From Candidatus Woesearchaeota archaeon (GTDB lineage: Archaea; Nanobdellota; Nanobdellia; Pacearchaeales; GW2011-AR1), in contig CAZCCD010000001.1 in assembly GCA_964497435.1 (NCBI GenBank), positions 29,914 to 61,913 of the forward strand: a stretch of 32,000 nt of DNA, in the 5' to 3' direction. Position numbers and translations under genes: made by a program. Below the pieces are notes generated by a model, which did no database searches, was not told the origin of the DNA, and saw only the letters and a program-made list of their open reading frames with translations. Of this stretch, positions 1-7,970 are shown in pieces (positions within the stretch are counted from its first letter, which is position 1; each line of letters starts with the position of its first letter).

Positions 1-609
1 ATAATTTCCTTCATAAATTGTTCTGTTTATTTTTCTTGAAACTAATCTGTTTGTTTCGACTATAAAAAATGGATCCTCAAATTCTTCGATAGGAACAAAG
101 GCATTTATTATTTGTTTTTTCTGCCATAATGCAAGATTCTGATTATCCCTCATGATAAAATCAGACACCATTGTGAACTTTACATGCCAGGGATCATCCT
201 GGCTGACATCAACTGTTGTGTTTTCTATTATTATATTTACATTAATTTTTGATGCCTTGCTGTTTATTGAGTCAATTATATCTTGATATGTTACTCCTAG
301 CATTATATCACTTGGAGCTCCATTAACTGTTCCATTAAAAAACGCCTCTTCAAAGAAAGCGTCAACATTACTTATATAAGATATATATGTTGCAGTGTAA
401 TTTTGAGCCTCGAAAATTGTCCTGTATCCTGATATGAAAAGCTGTCTCTCTAAATTCTCTTCAATAGAATGCAAAAAACTATCCATTGTCTCTACCCTTG
501 TTTTTACAGATTGTTTTTCCCTGAATATGGAAAATATTTCAAAAGAAAGAAATATTAATGCTATTAAAAGAATTGCTACAATTGTAAAAAATTGACCTCT
601 TTTGTTCAT
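1..609 (-). CDS. pilin-like protein with class III (archaeal type IV prepilin-like) signal peptide; partial, C-terminus beyond window edge
   Basis: Not in the ORF track because there is no stop in the window. Hand translation from ATG 609-607 stays open to base 1 (203 codons): MNKRGQFFTIVAILLIALIFLSFEIF... This is a short basic N-terminus, then G|Q, then ~20 hydrophobic residues. The ATG overlaps the TGA of the upstream gene (ATGA at 606-609), so the gene is operonic. Confidence 0.6.
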   Translation of the reverse strand, partial: MNKRGQFFTIVAILLIALIFLSFEIFSIFREKQSVKTRVETMDSFLHSIEENLERQLFISGYRTIFEAQNYTATYISYISNVDAFFEEAFFNGTVNGAPSDIMLGVTYQDIIDSINSKASKINVNIIIENTTVDVSQDDPWHVKFTMVSDFIMRDNQNLALWQKKQIINAFVPIEEFEDPFFIVETNRLVSRKINRTIYEGNY

Positions 610-1004
610 CTTAAATCCTTTACCAGATTTTTAACTTTATTTTTTATTTTATTTGATATGAATAATATTCTATTTTTATCTGCTTGATTTGCATCAGGTA
701 TTTTCCATTTTATTATTTTTTTTGTTTTGTTTTTAAACAATGAAGTAGGAATATCGTCTGCGACTATAATTATGGTATCCATATCTTTAACTAATCTTTC
801 ACTCAAACCTTTTGTTTTTTTGTTAATGTATATGCCTAATTTCTTCCCAACTGAAATAACATTGTTATGAACTGGAAATCCTTTAAACACTCCCGCACTA
901 TAAGCCCTAAATTTTTTATTCTTATTTATTTTATTAAAAAAAGCTTCAGCTATCTTGCTTCTGAATCTGTTGTGCTTGCAAACAAATAAAATTTTTTCAC
1001 TCAT
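606..1004 (-). CDS. low-molecular-weight protein-tyrosine phosphatase family protein (LMW-PTP/ArsC fold)
   Basis: 132 aa. The N-terminal P-loop VCKHNRFRS fits the C-X5-R-S signature. WKIPDA lies where the DP general-acid loop normally sits. There is a single Cys, so it looks PTP-like rather than a thioredoxin-coupled ArsC. Confidence 0.7.
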   Translation of the reverse strand: MSEKILFVCKHNRFRSKIAEAFFNKINKNKKFRAYSAGVFKGFPVHNNVISVGKKLGIYINKKTKGLSERLVKDMDTIIIVADDIPTSLFKNKTKKIIKWKIPDANQADKNRILFISNKIKNKVKNLVKDLR

Positions 1005-1031
1005 ATTTTATTCCTCATTTTGTTTTTTAAT

Positions 1032-1104
1032 TCGAATCAGTCAGAGGCAACGAAAAGATTCGGCGAGGTTGCTGGAGTTGTGAAGAACCCGCTGGAGGTT
1101 CTCA
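1032..1104 (-). repeat. hairpin-repeat element, copy A, abutting the stop codon of the 1017-aa gene
   Basis: Stem-loop agaacc-CGCTGGA-ggttct at 1084-1102 touches the stop codon at 1102-1104. It is preceded by GAGGTTGCTGGAGTTGTGA. A second stem pairs gcaac (1047-1051) with gttgc (1068-1072). The same module recurs at 4698-4735 and 16866-16903. Confidence 0.6.
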
Positions 1105-4100
1105 TCTCCATGCTCTTGCCTGCACCTCTGTATCCCATGTGAAAGGAATTCCTGTTATTTCTATAGTATTTATTGTTAAATCCTGGTCTGTGAATTTTGT
1201 CTCTATTTTTCCATTAAGATTTAAATCCAAACCTTTCAATAAATCATACGTTGATATTTGAATAGCATCATTATTATTGAAAAGTGCAAAACTCGGAATT
1301 GATGAGTTATAGTAACATCTATTACTCCCTGTGTAGTTTTTAGGCACTGAAATACTTCCAACAGTGTTATCTTCAAATTCTATATCCCACAAACATCCAT
1401 CTGCTGATATTACTACAGGAGTATATGATGATATATTTTTCACAATTGAGTAAACAACCTTGTCATAAATAGAACCGCCTGAAGAATTTGAAGGACCTGC
1501 TCCTGTAGAAACTATTACTGAATTGTCGCCTTTTTTTAATTTACTTCCTGGAATATTTACTATATAAGGGTCACCTAGCTCAAAATAACTGTTACTGTTA
1601 TATTCAGCGAGATTAAAAACATCTTCCCACACACCAGAACTGTTAATTTGGAGCATGTCTGTCCATCTTGGTCCAGAGTAAGAAACAACGCCTGCTTCAT
1701 AAGGCTCTGCATCAAGAGGAACGAAAAAGTTTCCTTGAGAGATATTGTTGTTGAATATCGCTGTTTCTGTTGTTATTGAAACTCCATTTGGAATGACTTT
1801 GTCATAATCCATCGATATATAAGAGTCAGAATAAAGCAATGTGTAGATTCCTTTTCCAATAACTGTCTGTTCAATGAACGCTGTACTGATAATATCTTGT
1901 GTTATCTGCTGATATATACTAACCAATTCCCCAACATTTCCAAAGTAAAAATTACCCTGGCCACATGATGATATGTCCTCTAGCGTATCTGTGTCTGCAC
2001 CATTTCCAAATCCAACAGCGTGGACAGTTATGTTGTGTTTATTTTTTGCATCGCATGCTGCTTGGATTGCATGATCTTGTGAATCATCGGTTGTATCCCC
2101 ATCTTGATCATAGTCAACAACAGGATCTAAACCACAAGCCCTGTTTGCCTGTCCGTCAGTCATTACAATAGCAACCCTGCTTCTATTTTCTGGAGGCAAG
2201 GCATTGCATATTTCATCAGTTAAAAATATACTGACATTACCTGCTGTATATCCAACGTTAGAATTCTCTGTTAAAAAAGACACTCTTGCTATATTTGTTC
2301 TTGTTGAATAAACAGAAAGATCATTTCCCTCTAAAACATCATCTACATATAAATCATAAACATTTGAGCCAGGAAAAATTTCAACTTTTATTTTATAATT
2401 TGTATTCAATGTATAAGAATATACTTGAGCATCATTATTCCTAATCCATCCATCATACATTTTAATTATTATATAATTTTGAAAATCACTAAATCCTGAA
2501 TTTGCTCCTTCTACATAAACTACAATTCTACCAGTTCCAGAATCATGCCTTACCAAAAATTCAACAGATATTTTATCTTCTTGTGGTGCAAAGTAATGTC
2601 TCATTACAGGATTTTGAGACGATAAACGGGAGATATTTACTGCCTTGTTTCCTTCTAATCCAGGAGAAATTATCCTTATTCTACCATTTCCTTCTGTAAC
2701 ACTCCATCTTGTTGGATTGCTTCCAATTGTTTGGTCATTAAAATTATCGTTAAATATATTTTTATCAAAACAATTTATTGCCTTAATTATTCCGCAGCAT
2801 ATACATGTATATCCTCCAGCATTCCAGGTATTGACTTCATTTATTAATGATGCACTATTATTAGATAATGCATGGAAATCACTTTTTTCAGCCCATGTCC
2901 TGTATCCTTCTAATCCAACATTATTTCCAGAAAAATTTAAAATTCCATTGATTAATTCTATATTAGCATTTTTTGCATCTGTTATTTTTTGTCCGCCCAT
3001 GCTTCCTGATAAATCAGTCACTGAAATCACATCGACTTTTATGTCTTTTCCAAGGCCAGAAACATTTTCTATGCCAAGTCTTATAGGAATATTTTTTTCA
3101 TTCATTGAAGAGTAATCTAAAATAGAAGATAATGTTGGATTATCTATTGTAACACTCAAATTAGCCCCAGAGCTGTTTCCAGAATAAATGCTTTTATTTC
3201 CTATTGTCATAAATATGTCAAAGCTGCTGTTGTAATGAAGGAAAACTTCCATAGAATTTAGTGTTCCAGGAACATAAATGCTATCATAAATATTTATCAG
3301 GCCTTTAATTCCTGGGAATTTTTTCTTGTAATATGAAGAAAGATTGCTGACATCATTGTAAACAGCTTTTAAATAACCTCCAGCTATATACAAATTCCCA
3401 TTTGTTGATTTAAACTCAACAGTGTTTTTACCTATGGCAAACATGCTTAAATTTGAATTTAAATCTATTTTATATGGAACATTTGATATTGGAGAATGAC
3501 TGCTTGCATATATATCATTTATATATAAATCAAAATCCCTTGAAAAAACTCCTTCTATATTCGCACTTATTACTTCTCCTTCAATTTCTGCAGTTATATT
3601 TCCATCTCCAATATAACCCCCAAAGTAAAAATACTCTATTTTATTTTCTGCGGTTAAGAAAGCCCTGGAAGAAAATCCTGTTGCAGAGCTCCCATTTATA
3701 ATCCCGCTTATTATTTGTCTTGATGTTAAAACTGTTAATGCATTACTAAAACTCGTATTTCCTGTTGAAGCTATTAATACATCATTGAAATAAAGCCCTG
3801 TGTTGTCTCTAAGAGCAAGGCTGTCTAAGATGTTTTGAGCGAGTTGATTTGCAAGAGGATTAGAGCTTGCATAAAACTCCCCTATCTGCTCAAGCACAGA
3901 CTGGTTTAATTTTTTTATATCTCCATTGGCTATTAACTGTTTAACGTAACTATTATTAATTTCCCCAATTTGTAAATCTGAAAGAACAGATAAGAGGTCT
4001 TCATGAACTCTTGAGTCATAGCTAACTTGAGTTTGACTTGGCTTAATAAAAAGAACAACCCCTATAATTAAGAGCAAGGCTATTAAAGCATCTAAACTAA

Positions 4101-4155
4101 AGAAATACCCTTTCTTATTTTTGGTTTTGAAGCTATTTTTATTTTTTATTCCCAT
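1102..4155 (-). CDS. large pilin-anchored vWA (MIDAS) domain protein with inserted LamG/concanavalin-like beta-sandwich; putative filament-associated adhesin (TadG/PilY1-like logic)
   Basis: 1017 aa. N-terminus ...NKKG|YFFSLDALIALLLIIGVVLFI is pilin-like. vWA elements: DVISVTDLSGSMGG (DxSxS), GGYTCICCGI (MIDAS Thr), VAIVMTDGQAN (MIDAS Asp) and ITVHAVGFG. A ~200-aa beta-rich insert (NPTRWSVTEGNGRIRII...GNVSIF) lies between the TCICCGI and MTDG segments. There is an acidic DYDQDGDTTDD loop. The start overlaps the upstream gene by 10 nt. Confidence 0.75.
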   Translation of the reverse strand: MGIKNKNSFKTKNKKGYFFSLDALIALLLIIGVVLFIKPSQTQVSYDSRVHEDLLSVLSDLQIGEINNSYVKQLIANGDIKKLNQSVLEQIGEFYASSNPLANQLAQNILDSLALRDNTGLYFNDVLIASTGNTSFSNALTVLTSRQIISGIINGSSATGFSSRAFLTAENKIEYFYFGGYIGDGNITAEIEGEVISANIEGVFSRDFDLYINDIYASSHSPISNVPYKIDLNSNLSMFAIGKNTVEFKSTNGNLYIAGGYLKAVYNDVSNLSSYYKKKFPGIKGLINIYDSIYVPGTLNSMEVFLHYNSSFDIFMTIGNKSIYSGNSSGANLSVTIDNPTLSSILDYSSMNEKNIPIRLGIENVSGLGKDIKVDVISVTDLSGSMGGQKITDAKNANIELINGILNFSGNNVGLEGYRTWAEKSDFHALSNNSASLINEVNTWNAGGYTCICCGIIKAINCFDKNIFNDNFNDQTIGSNPTRWSVTEGNGRIRIISPGLEGNKAVNISRLSSQNPVMRHYFAPQEDKISVEFLVRHDSGTGRIVVYVEGANSGFSDFQNYIIIKMYDGWIRNNDAQVYSYTLNTNYKIKVEIFPGSNVYDLYVDDVLEGNDLSVYSTRTNIARVSFLTENSNVGYTAGNVSIFLTDEICNALPPENRSRVAIVMTDGQANRACGLDPVVDYDQDGDTTDDSQDHAIQAACDAKNKHNITVHAVGFGNGADTDTLEDISSCGQGNFYFGNVGELVSIYQQITQDIISTAFIEQTVIGKGIYTLLYSDSYISMDYDKVIPNGVSITTETAIFNNNISQGNFFVPLDAEPYEAGVVSYSGPRWTDMLQINSSGVWEDVFNLAEYNSNSYFELGDPYIVNIPGSKLKKGDNSVIVSTGAGPSNSSGGSIYDKVVYSIVKNISSYTPVVISADGCLWDIEFEDNTVGSISVPKNYTGSNRCYYNSSIPSFALFNNNDAIQISTYDLLKGLDLNLNGKIETKFTDQDLTINTIEITGIPFTWDTEVQARAWR

Positions 4156-4613
4156 ATGTAAAAATCAAATCTTGATGGTTTATTTTTGTAGATTGTTATT
4201 CCTGTTACTTGTATTAAGTTTTCTGTATTGCTTGAATTAACCATTCCTACATAACTCGCTGGTAGGCCATTTATCTCTAAATTTTCCATGACAAAATAAA
4301 AATTTCTAGTAACTCCTATTATTGTTTTTTCTGCGTTATAATTTGCCTGAAAAAAATCAAGCTTTGATTGATTAACCCTTCCTTCTGTTAATATTCCTGC
4401 ATCTCCCTCACTCAATATCTGTTCTACAGCAACATTTCCCTCGTAAAATAATTCATCAAGATGTTTTTGTGATTGAGAAGAATAATTAATTGCATAAATA
4501 TAGAGAGTTATTATTCCTGCCATGAAGATAACCCCTGCTATTATAATATCAAGCCCCCATCCCTGCCCATTTTTGTCTTTTTTTATGTTACACATTTTTT
4601 TATTTTTATTCAT
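4146..4613 (-). CDS. pilin-like membrane-anchored protein (shortened start)
   Basis: The track ORF 4146..4793 is trimmed to the ATG at 4613-4611: MNKNKKMCNIKKDKNGQGWGLDIIIAGVIFMAGIITLYIY... This is a basic N-terminus, then G|Q, then a hydrophobic helix. The longer version would translate a non-coding tandem repeat and overlap the upstream gene by 62 nt. Confidence 0.55.
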   Translation of the reverse strand: MNKNKKMCNIKKDKNGQGWGLDIIIAGVIFMAGIITLYIYAINYSSQSQKHLDELFYEGNVAVEQILSEGDAGILTEGRVNQSKLDFFQANYNAEKTIIGVTRNFYFVMENLEINGLPASYVGMVNSSNTENLIQVTGITIYKNKPSRFDFYIWE

Positions 4614-4735
4614 GGTTGCTGGATGCATTAAAACTGGTAGAGGTTTCCTATCTCTGGTTGCTGGATGCATTAAAACTGGTAGAGGTTTCCTATCTCTGGT
4701 TGCTGGATGCATAGAAACCCGCTGGAGGTTTCTAT
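4614..4735 (-). repeat. tandem array of the hairpin-repeat element (two identical 42-bp units plus one variant unit), copies B1-B3
   Basis: Units at 4614-4655 and 4656-4697 are identical (ggttgctggatgcattaaaactggtagaggtttcctatctct). The third unit at 4698-4735 keeps ggttgctggatgcat and carries a perfect 9-bp stem, atagaaacc-CGCTGGA-ggtttctat (4711-4735). That stem contains the TAG stop (4732-4734) of the upstream pilin gene. Confidence 0.85.
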
Positions 4736-5145
4736 TGATTAAGGTAAACTGTGTCATTTTCTTTTTTGATTGAGTTTGAACCTTTCTGTACATTACCTAT
4801 AATTTCTGGAACCCTATAAGCCATGCCATGTCTATCTGTGGAAACATATACAAGGCCCGATGAAATTTCTATATTATAATCATTTCCAAGAACTTTTAAA
4901 GGAACTTGGAATATTCTATTATAGCCGTTTGTTGCTCCTGAAGCTAAGCCAAGTTCGCTTTGAACATCTAGTGCAATGTTTTGAAGCAATATTCTTTCTT
5001 TTTCCTTCTCTTTTTCTAATTGATTCTCTTTTATAATTACGAAAAATGTTACAAATGCAAATAAAACAAATCCAAATATTATCACAAATTCAATAGCACT
5101 CTGACCTCGTGAAGATCTTTGATCTGATCTTTTTATTTTAAGCAT
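4732..5145 (-). CDS. type IV pilin-like protein, class III signal peptide (first gene of the - strand operon; candidate major pilin)
   Basis: 137 aa. The N-terminus MLKIKRSDQRSSRG|QSAIEFVIIFGFVLFAFVTFFVII matches the archaeal QxSxEF-type prepilin N-terminus. Confidence 0.75.
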   Translation of the reverse strand: MLKIKRSDQRSSRGQSAIEFVIIFGFVLFAFVTFFVIIKENQLEKEKEKERILLQNIALDVQSELGLASGATNGYNRIFQVPLKVLGNDYNIEISSGLVYVSTDRHGMAYRVPEIIGNVQKGSNSIKKENDTVYLNQ

Positions 5146-5710
5146 TACACACCTCTAATTTTACATATTTACAGCATCCTTTTTATAAATTATTTACTAT
5201 TATGATTAAGTTAAAGTATCTATATAAAATTAAGCTTTCTGTGATACTGTTAAGTTATCAAGACATATCTCAAATTTGTGATTTTCTAAATTGCTGTTCA
5301 CTTTCGTTCACAGATTTAACATTTTAATAAATTCACGACGAGCAAATGCGAGGAGTGCAAATTTTACATATAAATAAAAAGCAATCCTTAAGATTATTTA
5401 AATTAAAAGAAGAATATCATTTTAGGTTGACAGTATAGCCTTCTGTTAAGCCCGTTATATATCATGAAATACTTCTTAGTTTATATATTGACTATTAATT
5501 AATATTAAAGGATAAATTTATTATGATGTGTTTAAACTCCCTGATTTATCATTAAAAAATTTGATATTTAACTGTTAACTCTAACTCATAATAAACATTT
5601 AAATAATGGATGACTAATTATAACCCTAGATTATACTCACTTATCATTAATATCTCTTTTATAAACTAAATTAAAATAAGGGGTTTGTTTTATGTTTTCA
5701 CAAGATTTTC

Positions 5711-5777
5711 GTAGGAGTAGAACACCCGAAGATGCCCTATCAAATCCTTAAGGATCTGAACGGAAACCGCCTCCTAC
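5711..5777 (-). ncRNA. candidate structured small RNA, four-helix (cloverleaf-shaped but not tRNA)
   Basis: Minus-strand fold: GUAGGAG-[GCGG UUU CCGU]-[UCAGAUCC UUAA GGAUUUGA]-UA-[GGGCAUC UUCG GGUGUUC]-UA-CUCCUAC. Five positions that are A-C mismatches on the + strand are G.U pairs on the - strand. It is a relatively G+C-rich island in a very AT-rich 885-bp gap. Confidence 0.45.
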
Positions 5778-5797
5778 AAAAAATACAATAAAATGAA

Positions 5798-5806
5798 TTT
5801 TTTAAA
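5798..5806 (-). promoter_or_regulatory. TATA-box-like element upstream of the candidate ncRNA
   Basis: Minus-sense TTTAAAAAA ends 20 nt upstream of the first base of the closing stem (5777). This is the usual archaeal TATA-to-start geometry. Confidence 0.35.
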
Positions 5807-6030
5807 CTTATCTCTATTCAAGATGAGATTTTTAAAAGATTTATTTAATCTATATATTATACTTTTTATCAAAAACAATACATATGAGATATCTCTCTAA
5901 TTCTATCTCTTACTTTAACAGTTACCCAAGCTTTGTTTAAACTGAATATAACATAAAATTTATCAACATTAAGTTATTTAGTTTTGTGTATTATCAACCT
6001 TATTTTAATATTCGCGAAAGCGACAATTTT

Positions 6031-7890
6031 TTAAAAATTCCAGGTTTCAAGCAGTGTACCTGCAAATTCTTCTCCAGACGAAAGTATTACTATAGGATAA
6101 ATCTCGACCTTTATTATTGGTGCTACTAATCCAGATGTTGTTAAATCAAAATCATATTTAGTTACCTGCAATATTTCAGGGGCTGGTTTGTCAACAACAG
6201 CTGTATTTGATGAAGAATCAAAGAATACAAATCTTAAAAAATTGTAATTGTGTACAGATTGTGTCTTTTGTGTAAATTGATTTGCGATTGTTTGGTAGAT
6301 GTTTGTTAAATCTGTTACATCTCCATAAGGAGAAAAGGAGAAGTTTCCGCCTCCACAATTTGCAATTTCTTGCATAGTTACTTTATCTACGCCAGCACCT
6401 ACACCTATAGCATGGATTGTTAAATTTTGTATACTTGCATTTGCATCGCATGCAGCCTTAATTGCATCATCCCTACCTGTATCAGGAATTCCGTCGTTAT
6501 TTAAATCACCAGTAACACCCTGTAATGCACACCCTGTAACTGAATCTCCATCACTCATAACAATCATTACCCTTTGAGGGTTAGTTGATGGTGTTAGTTT
6601 ACTTGTGGCGTCATTAATTCCACAGCACATACAAGAAGAAGGTGTGTAGGCTTCCCATGAATCAATTTTGGAATTTAAAGTGCCTGAACCAGAATTATCG
6701 ACTAAATTATTTGAAGAAGTCGTGTCTATAGCATTTCTAAAGATTGAAAATCCAACCCTATTATTTGCCCCTGTAAAAATAGAACTAATCAATGCTTTGT
6801 TTGCAGTTTGTGCCGGCCTTATTTTATCTATCATTATTGAGGTTAAGACTGGCTGCGTATTACAGGTAGACTGACAACTGTTTATTGATGCTGTGGAAAC
6901 ACCTCCACACTCTCCAAGTGGCGGTGATGGTTCAGGAAGAGGGTTTGAATGAGGATCATTAATACCATCTATTAAAGTATTTTTGTGATGCCCCTGGCCA
7001 CCAACACTATTATTTACATCAATATACATGCTACTCACACTTACACTGGCAAGAGATGTATCAACACTACCTAATTCAATTTCAGAAAGCCACATACTTT
7101 CTGTATAATTAATATTTGGGTTGCTCAATTTTATCCACCCCATATTTTCCTGCTGCCAAAGTCTAATGCTTGTTGTTGAGACACTAGAAAAAGTGTAACT
7201 TGAATTTGATACATTATCATTAACAATATTGTGTGCGGCAATTGTTTGATAAGAACTTCCATCCCAGTATTGTATGTCAATTTGTTGAGAAACCATATAG
7301 TTTCCTCTGTAATTATTCCATCCCCACCAAATTGTCACATTATCAATATTTTGTGGAGTCGAAAAATCAAGTGTAGCCCAATGAGGTCCTTGATCATTAA
7401 AACCCCAATCACATGTCGTGAATTCTCCAGTGCAACTACCCCACGTGTAAGACATAAAATGTCTTCTCCAGATAGCGTTACCAGCAGAATTTAGTGAGGC
7501 TGTGCAACAAGTTTGATTAACAAAATTACATACAGACATACTTTCAGATAAATCCACAACACTCATTACATCGACTTGAGGACTCTGTCCTTGAATTTCT
7601 ATGCTTCCTTGAGTTATTATTTTCCCTGTTCTTTTTTGAATTGTTATACTCAAATTTAAATTATTGTTTTGATCGACTTCGGCATTAGTTATGTCAATAT
7701 TTTCTGCTAAAAGATATGCCTTTATAGCTGATTTTTCTGATTCTTTTTCTATAAATACTCTTACTAATGTCCAGATTATGGCTATGGCAACAATTGTAAG
7801 CAAGATTAATAATAATGTAGTTATTATTGTTGAAAGTCCTTTTTTGTTTTCTAATAAACAAATGTAATTAACTTTGCCCTCTTTTTTCAT
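6031..7890 (-). CDS. pilin-anchored adhesin paralogue 1: vWA/MIDAS domain interrupted by a discoidin (F5/8 type C)-like domain
   Basis: 619 aa. The N-terminus NKKG|LSTIITTLLLILLTIVAIAIIW is an archaellin/pilin-type N-terminus. MIDAS motif DVMSVVDLSESM. Insert: ...HWATLDFSTPQNIDNVTIWWGWNNYRGNYMVSQQIDIQYWDGSSYQTI...SIRLWQQ...WLSEIEL (discoidin-like pattern). The rest of the vWA domain follows: SSCMCCGIND, VMIVMSDGDS, LTIHAIGVG. There is a DLNNDGIPDTGRDD Ca-loop-like motif. Confidence 0.8.
   Translation of the reverse strand: MKKEGKVNYICLLENKKGLSTIITTLLLILLTIVAIAIIWTLVRVFIEKESEKSAIKAYLLAENIDITNAEVDQNNNLNLSITIQKRTGKIITQGSIEIQGQSPQVDVMSVVDLSESMSVCNFVNQTCCTASLNSAGNAIWRRHFMSYTWGSCTGEFTTCDWGFNDQGPHWATLDFSTPQNIDNVTIWWGWNNYRGNYMVSQQIDIQYWDGSSYQTIAAHNIVNDNVSNSSYTFSSVSTTSIRLWQQENMGWIKLSNPNINYTESMWLSEIELGSVDTSLASVSVSSMYIDVNNSVGGQGHHKNTLIDGINDPHSNPLPEPSPPLGECGGVSTASINSCQSTCNTQPVLTSIMIDKIRPAQTANKALISSIFTGANNRVGFSIFRNAIDTTSSNNLVDNSGSGTLNSKIDSWEAYTPSSCMCCGINDATSKLTPSTNPQRVMIVMSDGDSVTGCALQGVTGDLNNDGIPDTGRDDAIKAACDANASIQNLTIHAIGVGAGVDKVTMQEIANCGGGNFSFSPYGDVTDLTNIYQTIANQFTQKTQSVHNYNFLRFVFFDSSSNTAVVDKPAPEILQVTKYDFDLTTSGLVAPIIKVEIYPIVILSSGEEFAGTLLETWNF
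6089..6246 (-). repeat. 158-bp block 100% identical to 9419-9576 (3' coding end of the adhesin paralogues)
   Basis: Base-by-base comparison by eye. The flanks diverge immediately on both sides. The block encodes the shared C-terminal segment YNFLRFVFFDSSSNTAVVDKPAPEILQVTKYDFDLTTSGLVAPIIKVEIYPIV. Confidence 0.9.
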
Positions 7891-7911
7891 ATATTTATTA
7901 TGAAATGTATA

Positions 7912-7931
7912 TTTAAATATCTTAGGTTAAA
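7912..7931 (-). promoter_or_regulatory. conserved promoter (TATA box) of adhesin paralogue 1
   Basis: tttaaatatcttaggttaaa is identical to 11059-11078. Minus-sense ATATTTAAA lies 22-30 nt upstream of the ATG, which implies a leaderless or near-leaderless transcript. Confidence 0.5.
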
Positions 7932-7970
7932 GAGCATAGGTTTTATATATGTATTTTTCCTAATTTTTTT

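Noticed and set aside
1965-3701. Four + strand ORFs (65-156 aa) inside the 1017-aa gene
   Set aside because: These are antisense shadow ORFs within a long motif-rich CDS. Their translations are low-complexity.
4614-4735. Possible mini-CRISPR array
   Set aside because: The repeat units abut directly with no spacers. There are only two identical units plus one variant, and no cas genes are in the window. The units are related to single-copy hairpin elements elsewhere.
4614-4793. N-terminal 60 aa of the 215-aa track ORF (LMHPATRDRKPLPV repeated 2.5 times)
   Set aside because: This stretch is the translation of the 42-bp tandem hairpin repeat. It overlaps the upstream pilin gene by 62 nt and would put an atypical 80-aa extension in front of a pilin-like signal peptide. 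The internal ATG at 4613 is preferred.
5692-5751. 19-codon + strand ORF (MFSQDFRRSRTPEDALSNP) with an upstream AAGGGG
   Set aside because: It overlaps the candidate ncRNA. The G.U versus A-C asymmetry in three helices favours a - strand structured RNA over a + strand peptide. It is too short to support on its own.
5146-6030. Decayed pilin pseudogene downstream of adhesin paralogue 1, by analogy with 8902..9321 downstream of paralogue 2
   Set aside because: Minus-strand translation shows no residual similarity to the pilin N-terminus and no extended open frame.
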